Below are positions 19,856 to 30,511 of a stretch of DNA of 64,000 bases, in pieces; position 1 is the first letter of the stretch, and the number at the start of each line of letters is the position of its first letter. Made by a program: the position numbers and the translations under genes. Below the pieces are notes generated by a model. The model did no database searches and was not told the origin of the DNA. It saw only the letters and a list, made by a program, of their open reading frames with translations. The DNA is taken from assembly GCA_963666215.2 (NCBI GenBank), contig CAXWPL010000005.1, positions 1,248,001 through 1,312,000 of the forward strand, written 5' to 3'. Source of the stretch: Acidobacteriota bacterium. GTDB lineage: Bacteria; Acidobacteriota; UBA890; WLXD01.

Positions 19856-20922
19856 TGTGAGTTCTAGGTAGGTTGTTCACGAACTCACCCCTGAGAGCCG
19901 AGCGATCGGCGGTGTCATGCCGATGCCGGCGTGGGGACGGTGACGATTGTAGTGGTTGAGCCAGGGCCGTAGAGCTCGAGTACGTCGAGCTGAGGTCTGG
20001 TAGCAGGTGCCGTAGGCCCACTGCTCCTTGAGTGTGCGGATGAAGCGTTCGGCGAGTGTGCGGATGAAGCGTTCGGCTTTGCCGTTGGTTCTGGGGGTGT
20101 AGGGCCGGGTGTAAATGTGCCGGATCTCGAGTTGATGGCATAGGCGATTGAAGCGCTTCGAGACGTAGCCAGGCCCGTTGTCTGTCATCACTCGGCGCAC
20201 CGCTACTCCCATCGAAGCGAAGTGCTCGACGGCTCGCTGCAGGAACGCTGTGCAGGTGTGTTGGTCTTCGGCGGGCAGCACTTCGACGTACGCCACCCGA
20301 GAGTGATCGTCGATAGCGACGTGGGCGTTCTCCCAGCCGACGCCGTAGGCCCGCTTGGAGCGGTCGCCGTGGATGCGGTGTCCAGGTCGCCGGATACGGG
20401 CCAGTTTCTTCGTATCCAGGTGCAGTAGGTCACCGGGGTGCTCGTACTCGTAGCGAACGATCTCGGGCTTGGGCTCGAGCGCATCAAGCTTGGCGAGTCC
20501 GAGCCGCTTCAGCCACGCCGAGACGGTCGAGCGCGGCACAGCCAACCTTCGGCTGATCTGCCAAGCCGTCAGTCGCCGCCGACGTAGCTTGTCGATCTGC
20601 CTCACAACTCCAGCGCTTGTTGCGTGCGGACAGCACGTCGGCCGGCTTGATCGATCGAGCAGCCCGGCCTCACCTTCTCGCTCGTATCTATCCAGCCACT
20701 TGTAAACCGTTCGAGCCGACACGCCGAGCGCCGCCGCCGTTTCCGTCACGGGCTCCGCCCGCTCCCGGACTCGGCGGACCATCTCTCGGCGTATATACGG
20801 CGTCGTGCGGGCGTTACCATGCAGCTGCATCGGGCGCTCCTTCTGAGGTCGTGGAGTCTTTTGAACAACCCCATTGATCTCAGAAGTGAGCCCCGATGTG
20901 AACGACCTACTTAGAAAACACA
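19856..20922 (-). mobile_element. IS481-family insertion sequence, complete
   Basis: Imperfect terminal IRs TGTGAGTTCTAGGTAGGTTGTTCAC / GTGAACGACCTACTTAGAAAACACA; CTAG on both flanks. Confidence 0.93.
19877..20830 (-). CDS. IS481 transposase (with an 8-aa tandem duplication)
   Basis: HGNARTT, LLHLDTKKL, MTDNG, PRTNGKAERF, YNRHRPH. Confidence 0.93.
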   Translation of the reverse strand: MQLHGNARTTPYIRREMVRRVRERAEPVTETAAALGVSARTVYKWLDRYEREGEAGLLDRSSRPTCCPHATSAGVVRQIDKLRRRRLTAWQISRRLAVPRSTVSAWLKRLGLAKLDALEPKPEIVRYEYEHPGDLLHLDTKKLARIRRPGHRIHGDRSKRAYGVGWENAHVAIDDHSRVAYVEVLPAEDQHTCTAFLQRAVEHFASMGVAVRRVMTDNGPGYVSKRFNRLCHQLEIRHIYTRPYTPRTNGKAERFIRTLAERFIRTLKEQWAYGTCYQTSARRTRALRPWLNHYNRHRPHAGIGMTPPIARLSGVSS

Positions 20923-21031
20923 CCTAGGGCTCCGATTGTCGCTCGCCTCGGGCGCGTCCGGCAATCTGTGGACGGCACGATTGTACGCCGCCGCGATCGT
21001 GTCACGGCGGTCGCGGTAACGTTGCCGCTTC

Positions 21032-22489
21032 CTACTCGGGCTTGGCCGACACAACCGACTGACAGAGGGCGGCCAGCTCGGCGGCGACGCGCTCCGGCGC
21101 GAAGCGTTCGACAAATACGCGCGCGTGCGGGCGACTGAACGGGGAGTTACCCGCGGTGAGCTCCTGGACGGCGGCCGCAATGGCTTCCGGATTGTTCGGC
21201 GGAACAACCCTGCCGACCGTGGGTGTCGGGAGCCAGTGGGAGATTCCGGTGGTCTCGGTGACCACGCACGGCGTGCCGACCGCGGCCGCTTCAACGCACA
21301 CCTTGTTGAGCGATTCGAGGCGTGAGGGAACCACCACAACATCGGCTGCTGCCATCAAATTGAGGACGCGGTCGGCATCAATTGCCCCGAGAAGCTGGAC
21401 CCGTTCGGCAACGCCCTGATGCTCGGCCTCGCGCCGCAGCGAGTCGGCCACATCGCCGAGGCCCCGAATGCTGAACGACGGGCCGGCAATCATCAGGTGG
21501 TGGTGTGGCAGCGATCGCATGGCGGCGATCAGCAGATCGAGGCCCTTGAAAGGATGAAGTCGGCCGACCGACAGCACGACGGTCTTTCCATGGGTGCCAT
21601 GCGCATCGTCGAGCGTGGCGCGGGCCTCTCTTCGGCGGCGCCTTGACTCGTCGTCGCCCACCCGGGCCGCAGCCACCGTGCCGCGCGAAACGTTGGACGG
21701 GATGATCTGGCGCATGGGCGCTGGCGCCTGCTCGACCAGATAGGGCTCGATCAACGGGGAGATCACGCGTAGCGCGGCCGCTCGGCGCAGGGTCCAGCGT
21801 GCAAGCACGCGTGGCAGCCAGAAGCGCCGAAACCCGTACGATGCGTCCTCGATGACGAGCGTGTCCTCGCCCATGGGTTTGATCACCAGGGGCCCTTTCC
21901 AGCCGGCCAGGGCGGCACCTAGCGCGCCAGCCGAGGCATGCGGATAGGCAACTTCCAGGTAAAGAAGATCGTGGGCATCGCCGTGCTCTCTCAGGTACGA
22001 GGCGAAGGCCATGGCGCTGGAGATCAGCCACGGGCAACGAGACAACGGCACCAGCACACGGTCGACCCATTCCCAGAGCCGGCTGGTGGAGAGAACCGTC
22101 GATCCGGGTCGGTCTTGCAGAGCATCGCCGGCGCAGCTGATGAGCTCGAACTCATGGCCAAGCTCGCGAAACTGCCGAGCCAGATCGTTACCGACTTGCC
22201 ATCCCAGCGACCGCTTGCTCAGGCGGGGCGAGAACATGGCGATGCGCAAGGTCAGCTCACACCCGTCGAGGAAGTGCCGATCGGACAGTTTGCCCTCGCT
22301 GTTGAGCGCTTGAATCATGCGTTGAAGGTCGTTCGAGAGCCAGGCTTCACGTGGTTGTGGTGCTGACCCGCTTTGCACGGAGGCGCGCTTAGTCGGAGCA
22401 CTCGAACGATTCTTTCCGCTGCGGGTGGCGGCGACCACGATCAGGACCAAGGTCAGGAGAGCTACGAACGCGCCGAATCCCATTCCCAT
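21032..22489 (-). CDS. Glycosyltransferase family 4
   Basis: SVGRLHPFKGLDLLI, ADVVVVPSRLESLNKVCVEAAAVGTP; true start may be downstream. Confidence 0.88.
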   Translation of the reverse strand: MGMGFGAFVALLTLVLIVVAATRSGKNRSSAPTKRASVQSGSAPQPREAWLSNDLQRMIQALNSEGKLSDRHFLDGCELTLRIAMFSPRLSKRSLGWQVGNDLARQFRELGHEFELISCAGDALQDRPGSTVLSTSRLWEWVDRVLVPLSRCPWLISSAMAFASYLREHGDAHDLLYLEVAYPHASAGALGAALAGWKGPLVIKPMGEDTLVIEDASYGFRRFWLPRVLARWTLRRAAALRVISPLIEPYLVEQAPAPMRQIIPSNVSRGTVAAARVGDDESRRRRREARATLDDAHGTHGKTVVLSVGRLHPFKGLDLLIAAMRSLPHHHLMIAGPSFSIRGLGDVADSLRREAEHQGVAERVQLLGAIDADRVLNLMAAADVVVVPSRLESLNKVCVEAAAVGTPCVVTETTGISHWLPTPTVGRVVPPNNPEAIAAAVQELTAGNSPFSRPHARVFVERFAPERVAAELAALCQSVVSAKPE

Positions 22490-22668
22490 CCCTACCTACC
22501 TCGCTTGCTGCTGCCAAGTGCCCTGCAGTCCGCCGTCATCTGTCCCCGCCTCCAGAGAGTTGCGGGGGAGCCAGTCTCCCAGAGCCCGGCCGGTTCCGCG
22601 GCGAGGTCACAGGCCCTCCTCGGACAAGTCCCGATAAGAACCTCGGGCGGTCAGCAAGCGGCTTCCAA

Positions 22669-25320
22669 TCACTGGGCAGATAATCTATCGAACTTCGCGC
22701 TTGGAATCCCTCTGAACCGATCTGGCGTGCAAGTCAGAATGATGACCTGGCAGCCGGCAGCGGCTGAGGCGATGGTGCTGGCCATGCTCGCGAGTCGGTC
22801 CGGGTCCGTATGGCCGAGCGCGTCGTCGAGAATGAGCGGAACGCCGTCGTCGATTCCATGGGCCGTACCGGCCTTGGTGACGGTGAGCGCAGCCGCCAGA
22901 CGGGCGAGCAGGCCGAGCTGCTCCTGGGTCCCCTTGCTCAGAGAGTCAAACGGGATTGTGCGACCGCCCAGAGTCCTTGACTCGATCTGCAGGGTCTCGC
23001 TCAGCCCGACCTTAAACGTCGAGCCGTAGACGAGGCGCCCGAGACCATTGATACGTGCCGCCAGCGGGGCGACATAGGCCCCGTGAGCCCGGGCTTTGTG
23101 ACGCAAGAGCAGGTCGTGCAGGAGCTTCACGGCGTCGGCTCGACGCCTCAGGCTGGCCTCAGATTGTTGTGCCTGATGGAGCTTGGCCCGAGTATCTTCC
23201 AGTTCCTCGAAGACTCCACGCTCGTGTTTCACTTCCAGCCGCGCTCGCACTGCAGCCAGGTCCACCTCTGTCTCCTTCTGCTCGGTGCGCGCCTGCTCTA
23301 CCGCCGCTGTGGCGCTCTGCAGAAGCGCCGTCCCCTGGGCGGGATTCTGCTTTTCCAACTCGCGCTTCAGCTCGAAAACGTTTCTCGTGTGACCGTCAAC
23401 GGTGCCCAGGGCGGCATCAACGTCGCACTGCAAGTCTTCATCCGAGCGGATCTTCCGGGCGGTATCTAGTTCGGCTACCAGCCCGGCCTGCCGGCCCTGC
23501 ACCGACTCGCTTCTGACGATGGCCCGGAGGTGCTTCGAGCTCACGGCCTCCTGATGTTTCCGGGCGACGGCCAGTGCCTGCTCTGCCTGACCGAAGCTGC
23601 CTCTCGCATCCAAGAGCGCTCCACGCGCCTCTTTGTGATTCTCTCGAGCGACCGACTCAGACTCCGGCCGCGGCGGCTCTGGCTGCCTTTCCCTTTCATA
23701 GGCCGCCAGCTTGTCCGCCAGACTCGTGATCCTCGCTTCAATCTCAGCTGCCGTAGAGTCACCGAGCGCTTGCGCGATCTGGCCCTCGCTGCCGTCGAGG
23801 ACTCGTTCGGCATTAGCACGAGCCACATGCGCCGCGGAGGCTTTCTTGACCGAGTCCACGGAGTGGGCCTCGCAAAGCTCAGCCCACGTACTAGCAGCGC
23901 TCTCGGCCGCGGCTTCGAGCTCTTCCAGACTCGAGCCGGGAGTCAGAACCAGCTCAAGCTGGCCGGGGATCGCTAACGTGGTCTCCTCGATCACCGGCCG
24001 CCTGTCAGTGCCACCGCTGGCAATCTCGACCGCATCGCCATTGACCACGATCTGCAGATCTCGCAGCGCCCGAACCTCAAGCTCCGGACCACCGGCCTCG
24101 AGTGCGGCCTGGGCCTGCCCGACTGCGAGTTGCGCCTCCTGGAATCGCTCGAGCACATCATCGGTAACTGTGTTCCCCGCCAATTGCTCCCGTGCCTGCT
24201 CTCCTGTGGCCCTCAGCTTCGCTACCGAAGCCTGCCGCCCCTCGAGGTCACCGAGCTCACTCGTTCGGCGCAGGTGGCCCAGGTCTTGCGCACTCCGCTC
24301 TTCGTCGGTTTCGGCTGAGGCACGAGCGAGCCGGGCTGCTGATAGGTCGTCCTCGGCACCCTTCACTCTCTCGAGCTCATCTTTCTCGGCAGCTTCATCG
24401 AGTTGGAGTTCGAGATCGCCGAGCTCTTCCTCCGCCTGGGCCAGGTCCTTCAGAAGCCGGTCCCGCTCTCGCTTGCTCTTCTGCGCGCTTTCCAGGTGAA
24501 GGTTCGCGGCCCTGAGGTCGTTCGCAGCGGACTCCACCTGCAGCTCGAAGGTCTCGACGCGCCGCAACTCGCTATCCCGCTCCTGAACGGCAGTCTCGAG
24601 GTCCGGGATCAACATCTCCACACGCCGCAAACGGCTCGCCAGGCGCGCGCTCTCATCGACGTCCCTCCGCAGCGCCTCAAGCTCGTCTTCCAGTTCCGCC
24701 TCGCGCTCCTGCAGCGACGCTACGAGCTCGCCAGCCTCCGACACGAGGCTCTTGGACCTGCCAGTCGGGGTGAAGTATCGCGAGAACTCCTCCATCACAC
24801 GCCCCAGCAGCGGCCCGTGATCGAGGTCGTCGCCACTGCCGCCAGCGGCCGCATCGAGAGCCGTCTCGAGAGCTCGGCTGTCGGCGAGGTGTGCTTGATC
24901 GATCCCTTTTCCCTGCTCGATCTGCAGGGCCCTCCAGAGAGCCGTGTCGAGGGTCTCCTCGAGGATCTTCAGAACGCGATCGTGAGCCGTCTTCCCCGTG
25001 ACGTTCTCCGCCCTGGGCTGGAGAATCTCGAGCTCGGTCTTCGGCTTCTTCATGAACCTCTTGCGGTAGACAAGCTCATATTCACCGGTCTCGAAGGCCA
25101 GCTCGATCTCCGGGGCAGCATCCCGGTGTACGGGCACGATGTCCTTCACCCGCCTGGACTTCGAGGAGTCCGCGACTTCCAGGATCAGCTGGACCGCCTC
25201 GGCCAGTGATGACTTGCCCGCTTCATTGGGCCCCTCGACAACCGTCACCCCCGGGCCGATGTGGATCTCACGCTCCTCGGTACCGCGGAAGTTGCTGATC
25301 TTGATCCTGCTGATCTTCAA
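22669..25320 (-). CDS. Rad50/SbcC-like SMC ATPase (YhaN-like)
   Basis: GPNEAGKSS Walker A, long coiled coil, LSKGTQEQL signature, LILDDALGHTD Walker B. Confidence 0.9.
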   Translation of the reverse strand: MKISRIKISNFRGTEEREIHIGPGVTVVEGPNEAGKSSLAEAVQLILEVADSSKSRRVKDIVPVHRDAAPEIELAFETGEYELVYRKRFMKKPKTELEILQPRAENVTGKTAHDRVLKILEETLDTALWRALQIEQGKGIDQAHLADSRALETALDAAAGGSGDDLDHGPLLGRVMEEFSRYFTPTGRSKSLVSEAGELVASLQEREAELEDELEALRRDVDESARLASRLRRVEMLIPDLETAVQERDSELRRVETFELQVESAANDLRAANLHLESAQKSKRERDRLLKDLAQAEEELGDLELQLDEAAEKDELERVKGAEDDLSAARLARASAETDEERSAQDLGHLRRTSELGDLEGRQASVAKLRATGEQAREQLAGNTVTDDVLERFQEAQLAVGQAQAALEAGGPELEVRALRDLQIVVNGDAVEIASGGTDRRPVIEETTLAIPGQLELVLTPGSSLEELEAAAESAASTWAELCEAHSVDSVKKASAAHVARANAERVLDGSEGQIAQALGDSTAAEIEARITSLADKLAAYERERQPEPPRPESESVARENHKEARGALLDARGSFGQAEQALAVARKHQEAVSSKHLRAIVRSESVQGRQAGLVAELDTARKIRSDEDLQCDVDAALGTVDGHTRNVFELKRELEKQNPAQGTALLQSATAAVEQARTEQKETEVDLAAVRARLEVKHERGVFEELEDTRAKLHQAQQSEASLRRRADAVKLLHDLLLRHKARAHGAYVAPLAARINGLGRLVYGSTFKVGLSETLQIESRTLGGRTIPFDSLSKGTQEQLGLLARLAAALTVTKAGTAHGIDDGVPLILDDALGHTDPDRLASMASTIASAAAGCQVIILTCTPDRFRGIPSAKFDRLSAQ

Positions 25321-26501
25321 ACTGCTGCCGCCCTGGAGTCGCCCGCTTCCGGTTGCTTTGCAAGGGCGAGCTGATACAGCAGACTCATGGCGTCCCTGGA
25401 CTTGATGGCGTCGGCACCGGCGCCAGCTGCTATCTCCAGCAGGTCATCCCACGCGGCTCTCGCGTAGCCACTGAGCTGAACTTCATCGGCGTCCAGTTCG
25501 CCCGGCAGCACCATCAGCTCCGATTGCTCACAGCGAAGCGAGGCGTAGTGATCGTGGTACTCGGCGAGCAGATCCTCGAGACGGGTGCTGGAAGCCAGAC
25601 CGGTGAGGGCGCCGGTGAGCGTGAGCCTGACGACGATTCTCTCCTTGTGAGGTTGCCCCTCGAGAAACTCCGCCAACTCCTCGACGTCGGGCTCACCCGT
25701 CAGCTCGCGGCTCTCGTCCAGGAAGCGCCACGCTGCGTCACCCCACACAGAGAGGGGGCACACCACAGGCCTTGAGCCTAGCTCCAGATCCACAAGCAAG
25801 ACGGACCCCGGATCTAGCTCTCGAGATGCCGTCGCGATGGGCGTTCCCGAGTACCAGACCGCGCCGGTTTCTCCGAGACTCGTCACGGAATGGCGATCGC
25901 CGAGCGCCAGGTAGTGCAAACGTCCGCCCTGAATCGCCTCTTCCACTCCCTGCAGCCTGATCTGTGCGGGCTGCTCATGCTCCGGAGCCAGCGCGTCCAC
26001 ACGTCCGTGGGCAACGACAATCCGCGTCCAGTCCGCCGCGGGGCCGTTCAGCTTCTCCAGAAGACGGGCCACCAGATCGGCACCGGGCTGCTTGCTGCGC
26101 CATGGGGCACCCACGATCTCCACGTGACTGGTACCTGGCGGCTCGACACCCTGCTCCTGCTCCAGAACGATCACGTTCTCGGGCTTCCGGTTCAAGAAGG
26201 TGTGCGATTGATAGACGGAGGCCGCATCGAGAGCGTCATGGTTGCCTGGCAGCAAGAGGACGGGCACCGGCACTCGCGCTATGGCGTCGAGCGCGCGCTT
26301 GATCGTCTGCGGCTTCACGTGGTTGGACTCGAACACATCCCCGGCAACGACCACGAACTCGGCAACGTGCTCTTTCGCCAGTGCGCCAATCCTGTCGATG
26401 GCGTCGATGCGGTCCTGTGTGAAGCGAGCCTCCGCCTCCGGCGACAGGTAGTACCGGCTCATACCGAGCTGCCAATCTGATGAGTGGATGAAGCGTGGCA
26501 T
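25317..26501 (-). CDS. Mre11/SbcD-like metallophosphoesterase nuclease
   Basis: FIHSSDWQLG, AGDVFE, PGNHD, AHG, YLALGDRH, YSGTP. Confidence 0.92.
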   Translation of the reverse strand: MPRFIHSSDWQLGMSRYYLSPEAEARFTQDRIDAIDRIGALAKEHVAEFVVVAGDVFESNHVKPQTIKRALDAIARVPVPVLLLPGNHDALDAASVYQSHTFLNRKPENVIVLEQEQGVEPPGTSHVEIVGAPWRSKQPGADLVARLLEKLNGPAADWTRIVVAHGRVDALAPEHEQPAQIRLQGVEEAIQGGRLHYLALGDRHSVTSLGETGAVWYSGTPIATASRELDPGSVLLVDLELGSRPVVCPLSVWGDAAWRFLDESRELTGEPDVEELAEFLEGQPHKERIVVRLTLTGALTGLASSTRLEDLLAEYHDHYASLRCEQSELMVLPGELDADEVQLSGYARAAWDDLLEIAAGAGADAIKSRDAMSLLYQLALAKQPEAGDSRAAAV

Positions 26502-26694
26502 CGGGTTCGATCTCCTCCAAAGACCCGCAGCGCTGCACGTGACACACGCAGGGAGCGAGGGCAGGCACTGAACCGTACCTACTTGCGCCACTTTCACCCC
26601 CTCGGGGTAGGCCCTTGCCTAATTCCCGGCCACCAGCCAACCCAACCGAGTGAACCACGGTAGTACCACGTCTGACACGGCGCTAGAAAAATAA

Positions 26695-27560
26695 TTATGC
26701 CCCGAAAATCGAGGCTCTGAGCGGCCGCCTAATGCACGATCTCGAGGTGTCGGATGCTACGGGTAGGGGCGGTGTCGGCGTCGCGGCGGATAACCAAAAC
26801 CTTGGCCGCCACCGCCAGCAGCGCGTCGATAAAAGCTCCAAGCCGGTGAATCCCTCGGCCTCGGCCGTGTGTAGAAGCCGTGTCGCCGCCAACCCTACCC
26901 GCGCCTGTACGCCATGCTCCGCGCAGCGCATCAACACCGCGTTGTCGGTTGGTGGCGGTTGCGCACGAACGCCTCATAGGCATCCGTCACCATCCGCGCG
27001 CCAAGCACCACCGACAGCGCGTACAGCAGATCAACCTCGGGTACTTCATTGTCGATGCACCAGGCCGCTACCGTTTCGTGTTCCGTCATCGACCCCTCCC
27101 CGGGTGTGTCGGGTTACGTCGAATGATTACCTCGCCACCAAGCGCCTCGACGGCCTCGAGGAAATTTGACGAGCAGCACGAGGCCGACGTATCGAATGCA
27201 GAAGGCGGCCGCTACGGCTGTCGCCAAGATCACCGCCGCAGACGCGCTCTCCCGGTCGAGGAGACGAGCCAGCGCCAGTGTCGCAACGAGCATCGCCAGA
27301 ATAAAGATGCCCTCGGCGTAGGTTGCCGAAAAGGTGGTGATGATCCCGCCTGAGAGCCACGCCACACTGGCCATGCCGCCTGTGCGGGGCAGCGCGTACA
27401 GCAGCAGCACGATACAGATCAGGGCGGCCGCGGTGTCGATGACCTTGGCGGCCCAAAACACGGACAGGCCGGTCAGCTTGGCCGCACCCGCAATGGCAAG
27501 CGGGTAGCCCAGCGGCCATGTGGTGAATGGCTCAGGCTCGAGCTCACCCAGAGAATAGAG
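26695..27560 (-). pseudogene. Fragmented multi-pass membrane protein (GT-C-like)
   Basis: FTTWPLGYPLAIA...YAEGIFI...IRYVGL; hydrophobic pieces continue in other frames. Confidence 0.5.
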
Positions 27561-27747
27561 TCCGCGACCCTCAACGAAGCTGGTTGAGGACGGCGAAGCC
27601 CGGATCGTGAAGGGGCGGCTGCTGCCACCGGCCCCCCGCAAGGGCTGCTATGGTTTTGCTGTGGTATTGCCGTGCGGCCTCACGGACGGATCGGCGAGCG
27701 CCGAGGGCGACGTAGGCCGAAGCACGGCGCATCTGTGGGTTTGACTG

Positions 27748-27912
27748 ATGACAATCAGAGACTACGACGGCCCGGAATCCGTGAAAAAGATGTTCGACGA
27801 TGCCCGGAAGAATATCAACCGAGAGATTGAAACCTTCCTCAAGAAGCTCACGCCTGAAGAGAAGCGGGCGCTCGAAGCCCAGTTGAAGGCAGATCGGGAG
27901 TCGAAACCATGA
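27748..27912 (+). CDS. Small hypothetical protein (54 aa)
   Basis: MTIRDYDGPESVKKMFDDARKNINREIETFLKKLTPEEKRALEAQLKADRESKP, natural-looking composition. Confidence 0.4.
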   Translation: MTIRDYDGPESVKKMFDDARKNINREIETFLKKLTPEEKRALEAQLKADRESKP

Positions 27913-28080
27913 GCGGAAACACGCTCGACCTGAGTTGAACGGCGTGCCCACTCGACCAGGGGATGCTCCCAGCCGAGCAGCAACTGCCAGAGCAGCGGCT
28001 GCTGGCGCTGTGCAGCCTGCCACGCACCAACCCCGGTAACCGGGTTCGATATGTCCGACGCAACGGGCCGTACACGTTGG

Positions 28081-28600
28081 TTAGGTCACAGGCCCGGTCG
28101 GCAGAAACTTCAAGCTCAGTCCGGCAGGGATCGTCTTCCGGTTCCCAAACTGGACGTCGAAGTAGGAGACCGTCTCGCCCGAGCCGTATTCGATCTCAAC
28201 GCGCCATGGCGCGGCATTGTCCGGGCGTGAGTCGATGATTCTGCGAGAGAACACCGCCGCCGTCCCTTTCTTCAAGAGCCCCAACCCGCCCCACAAGATG
28301 GTGTGCGTGATCGTTGAACCGGTGCGCGCAGACCCTTCCGCCGTCAATGTACCGTCGAGCGCGACGCGCTGACCGCTCACCGCGAACGTCATGAACGGTT
28401 CCAGGATGAGGATGCCTTTGCGCCCGATCCGGCGGTTCTTCTTCGTGCCCGCGCCGACTCGGAGCTGAACCTCCGTCGATTCCACCACTAGCACCCGCCC
28501 GTCAACCAGGACGTTTTCGACGACTGAGCCGACCACTACGTCGTTTACCGTGACGGGGCGGTATCCTGCCGGTCGGCAACTGATGACGACCACAGACCCG
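28081..28600 (-). pseudogene. Fragment of a beta-rich hypothetical protein
   Basis: Protein-like stretch [12 protein letters not shown]...TILWGGLGLLKKGTAAVF with no convincing start. Confidence 0.35.
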
Positions 28601-28639
28601 GCAGAGGCGCAGGAGCCGTCGAAGTTGGCGCAGGGCATC

Positions 28640-28865
28640 GGCGGTAATGCGAGCTCGGGCGACCACCTGGACGAGCAAGCGGCGCAACTTGCACCCGTGG
28701 CCGGTCTTCGTCTCGGGCGGCAGCAAAGAGCATCGAGCTTGCCTGGGGATCGGTGTCCACGAGCAGCACATCCTCGCCAGCACGGGCGGCCTCGGCGGCC
28801 AGGTTGGCGGCGATGGTGGACTTGCCGACCCCGCCTTTGGTGGTGGCTACGGCTAGCACCCGCAT
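28640..28865 (-). pseudogene. ParA-family ATPase, N-terminal fragment
   Basis: [23 protein letters not shown]...[10 protein letters not shown], then the frame degenerates. Confidence 0.8.
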
Positions 28866-28899
28866 CTATGTCTCTACTCGTCTCCATAGACGCGCGTAC

Positions 28900-29574
28900 T
28901 CATGCCGCCTTGAGCACCGAGCGCACGTACTCGAACCGCCAGGGTGAGCCGTTGCGGGTGGTGAAGCCCTGCTGGTTGAGCTCGTCGGCGATAGTGCGCA
29001 GGGTGTGACCTTGGCCTCGGAGATCGCGCAGGTTGTGGAGTACCCGCTGCTCGGCGGGGCTCTCCTCCAGGGCGACACCACCAGCGGCGAGTTGATAGCC
29101 GAATGGCACCGTTCCAACTCGCTCCCCGCGGGCCTTCTTTGCCTGGAGGGCATCGCGGGTGCGCTCACCTATGACCTCGCGTTCCCACTGCCCCACCGAC
29201 ACCATGATGTTGAGCACCAGCCGACCGGCGGCGGAGCTCGTATCTAGCGACTCGGTGACACTGACCAGGGCAACCCCGCAGCGGTCGAAGAGGTCGAGCA
29301 GATCGGCCAGATCTCGAACCGAGCGGGTGAGGCGGTCGAGCTTGTGGACGATGACGGCATCCACCTTGCGAGCCTTCACCAGATCGAGGAGCCGAGCGGC
29401 GCTAGGTCGGTGCAGAGACTTTGCCGACTCGCCAGCATCGACGAGTACATCGACGAGCTCGTAGTCGCCGATCTCGGCGGCAGCGCGGATCTTGCGCTGC
29501 TGGAGCTCTAGGCTCTCGCCAGTCTCGGCCTGGTCGGTGGTGGAGACTCTCGCGTATCCGATGGCGATGGGCAT
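28900..29574 (-). CDS. Serine recombinase (resolvase family with short C-terminal recombinase domain)
   Basis: GYARVSTTDQ, DAGESAK, KLDRLTRS, DTSSAAGRL, EREVIGERT, PFGY. Confidence 0.93.
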   Translation of the reverse strand: MPIAIGYARVSTTDQAETGESLELQQRKIRAAAEIGDYELVDVLVDAGESAKSLHRPSAARLLDLVKARKVDAVIVHKLDRLTRSVRDLADLLDLFDRCGVALVSVTESLDTSSAAGRLVLNIMVSVGQWEREVIGERTRDALQAKKARGERVGTVPFGYQLAAGGVALEESPAEQRVLHNLRDLRGQGHTLRTIADELNQQGFTTRNGSPWRFEYVRSVLKAA

Positions 29575-29578
29575 TGCC

Positions 29579-29788
29579 TCACCCCTTCATGCGCCGCTTG
29601 GCGAGCTCGTCCACGAGTCGCCGATCAGCGGTGTTGAGGTTCTTGTCGAGGAGCAGATCCACGGCCTGCTCGACGAGCTTGTACATGGGCTCCCCGGTGA
29701 CCTCGGCAGCGGCCCGCAAACGGGCTCGGAGCTCGGGATGCATCCGGGTGGTGAACACGGGTAGGTCGATGACTCTTTCGGCTCCCAT
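29579..29788 (-). CDS. Small ribbon-helix-helix-like DNA-binding protein
   Basis: VFTTRMHPELRARLRAAAEVTGEPMYKLVEQAV; directly upstream of the recombinase. Confidence 0.6.
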   Translation of the reverse strand: MGAERVIDLPVFTTRMHPELRARLRAAAEVTGEPMYKLVEQAVDLLLDKNLNTADRRLVDELAKRRMKG

Positions 29789-30208
29789 GATGTACAGAGT
29801 GTATCACATGAATTCATGCTTTCAAAGCGGTGATGATCCCCTACCTGCTCGTCTATTGAGACGAGGAGACGAGGAGATCTTGGGATGTAACCGACCGGTT
29901 GTATCCCAAAGGGGGTGAACAGGGGGGGTCACCGAAGAAGGAGTGGACGCGCTCTACATCCTTCCTTCGGCTTAGATAGAGGGGGCAGATATGTTGCCGA
30001 GAGGCCTACTTGTGATGATGATGATCGCGGCGGTGGCGGTGCCCACCTTTTCAGAAGAGAAGAGCGAGCCATAAACCGCCGCGATAGTGGCTGGACCGTC
30101 GAGCTGTTGGTAGCGTGGCCAAATCTGCGTCCGCTTTTTCTTGCCGGTCTTCTCGTCCTTCGCCTCCGCCAGCTCGGACAGTTCCTTCGGCTGGCTGGAC
30201 AGACTCGA

Positions 30209-30237
30209 CTAGTTGAATGACAATGTCATTCAACTAG
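30209..30237. promoter_or_regulatory. Toxin-antitoxin operator palindrome
   Basis: CTAGTTGAATGACA-A-TGTCATTCAACTAG immediately before the dinJ RBS. Confidence 0.75.
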
Positions 30238-30247
30238 GAGATTACAC

Positions 30248-30511
30248 ATGCCTGCAAATAAACTCGTCCAGGCCCGCATTGACGGGGCCGTCAAGGAAGA
30301 AGCGACGGCCGTGCTGGCCGCCATGGGCCTGACGGTCTCCGACGCGGTGCGGTTGCTGTTGACCAGGGTGGCGCGGGAGAAGGCCCTACCATTCGCGCCG
30401 TTGGTCCCCAACGCCGTCACCATCGAGGCGATGAAGGAAGCCCGCCAGGGCAACCTCCCGCAGTTCGCCAGCGTCGAGGACCTGCTCGACGATCTACATG
30501 CGGACGATTGA
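30248..30511 (+). CDS. dinJ: RelB/DinJ antitoxin
   Basis: VQARID..VKEEA..VLAAMGLTVSDAVRLLL...LPF...PNAVTIEAM. Confidence 0.92.
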   Translation: MPANKLVQARIDGAVKEEATAVLAAMGLTVSDAVRLLLTRVAREKALPFAPLVPNAVTIEAMKEARQGNLPQFASVEDLLDDLHADD

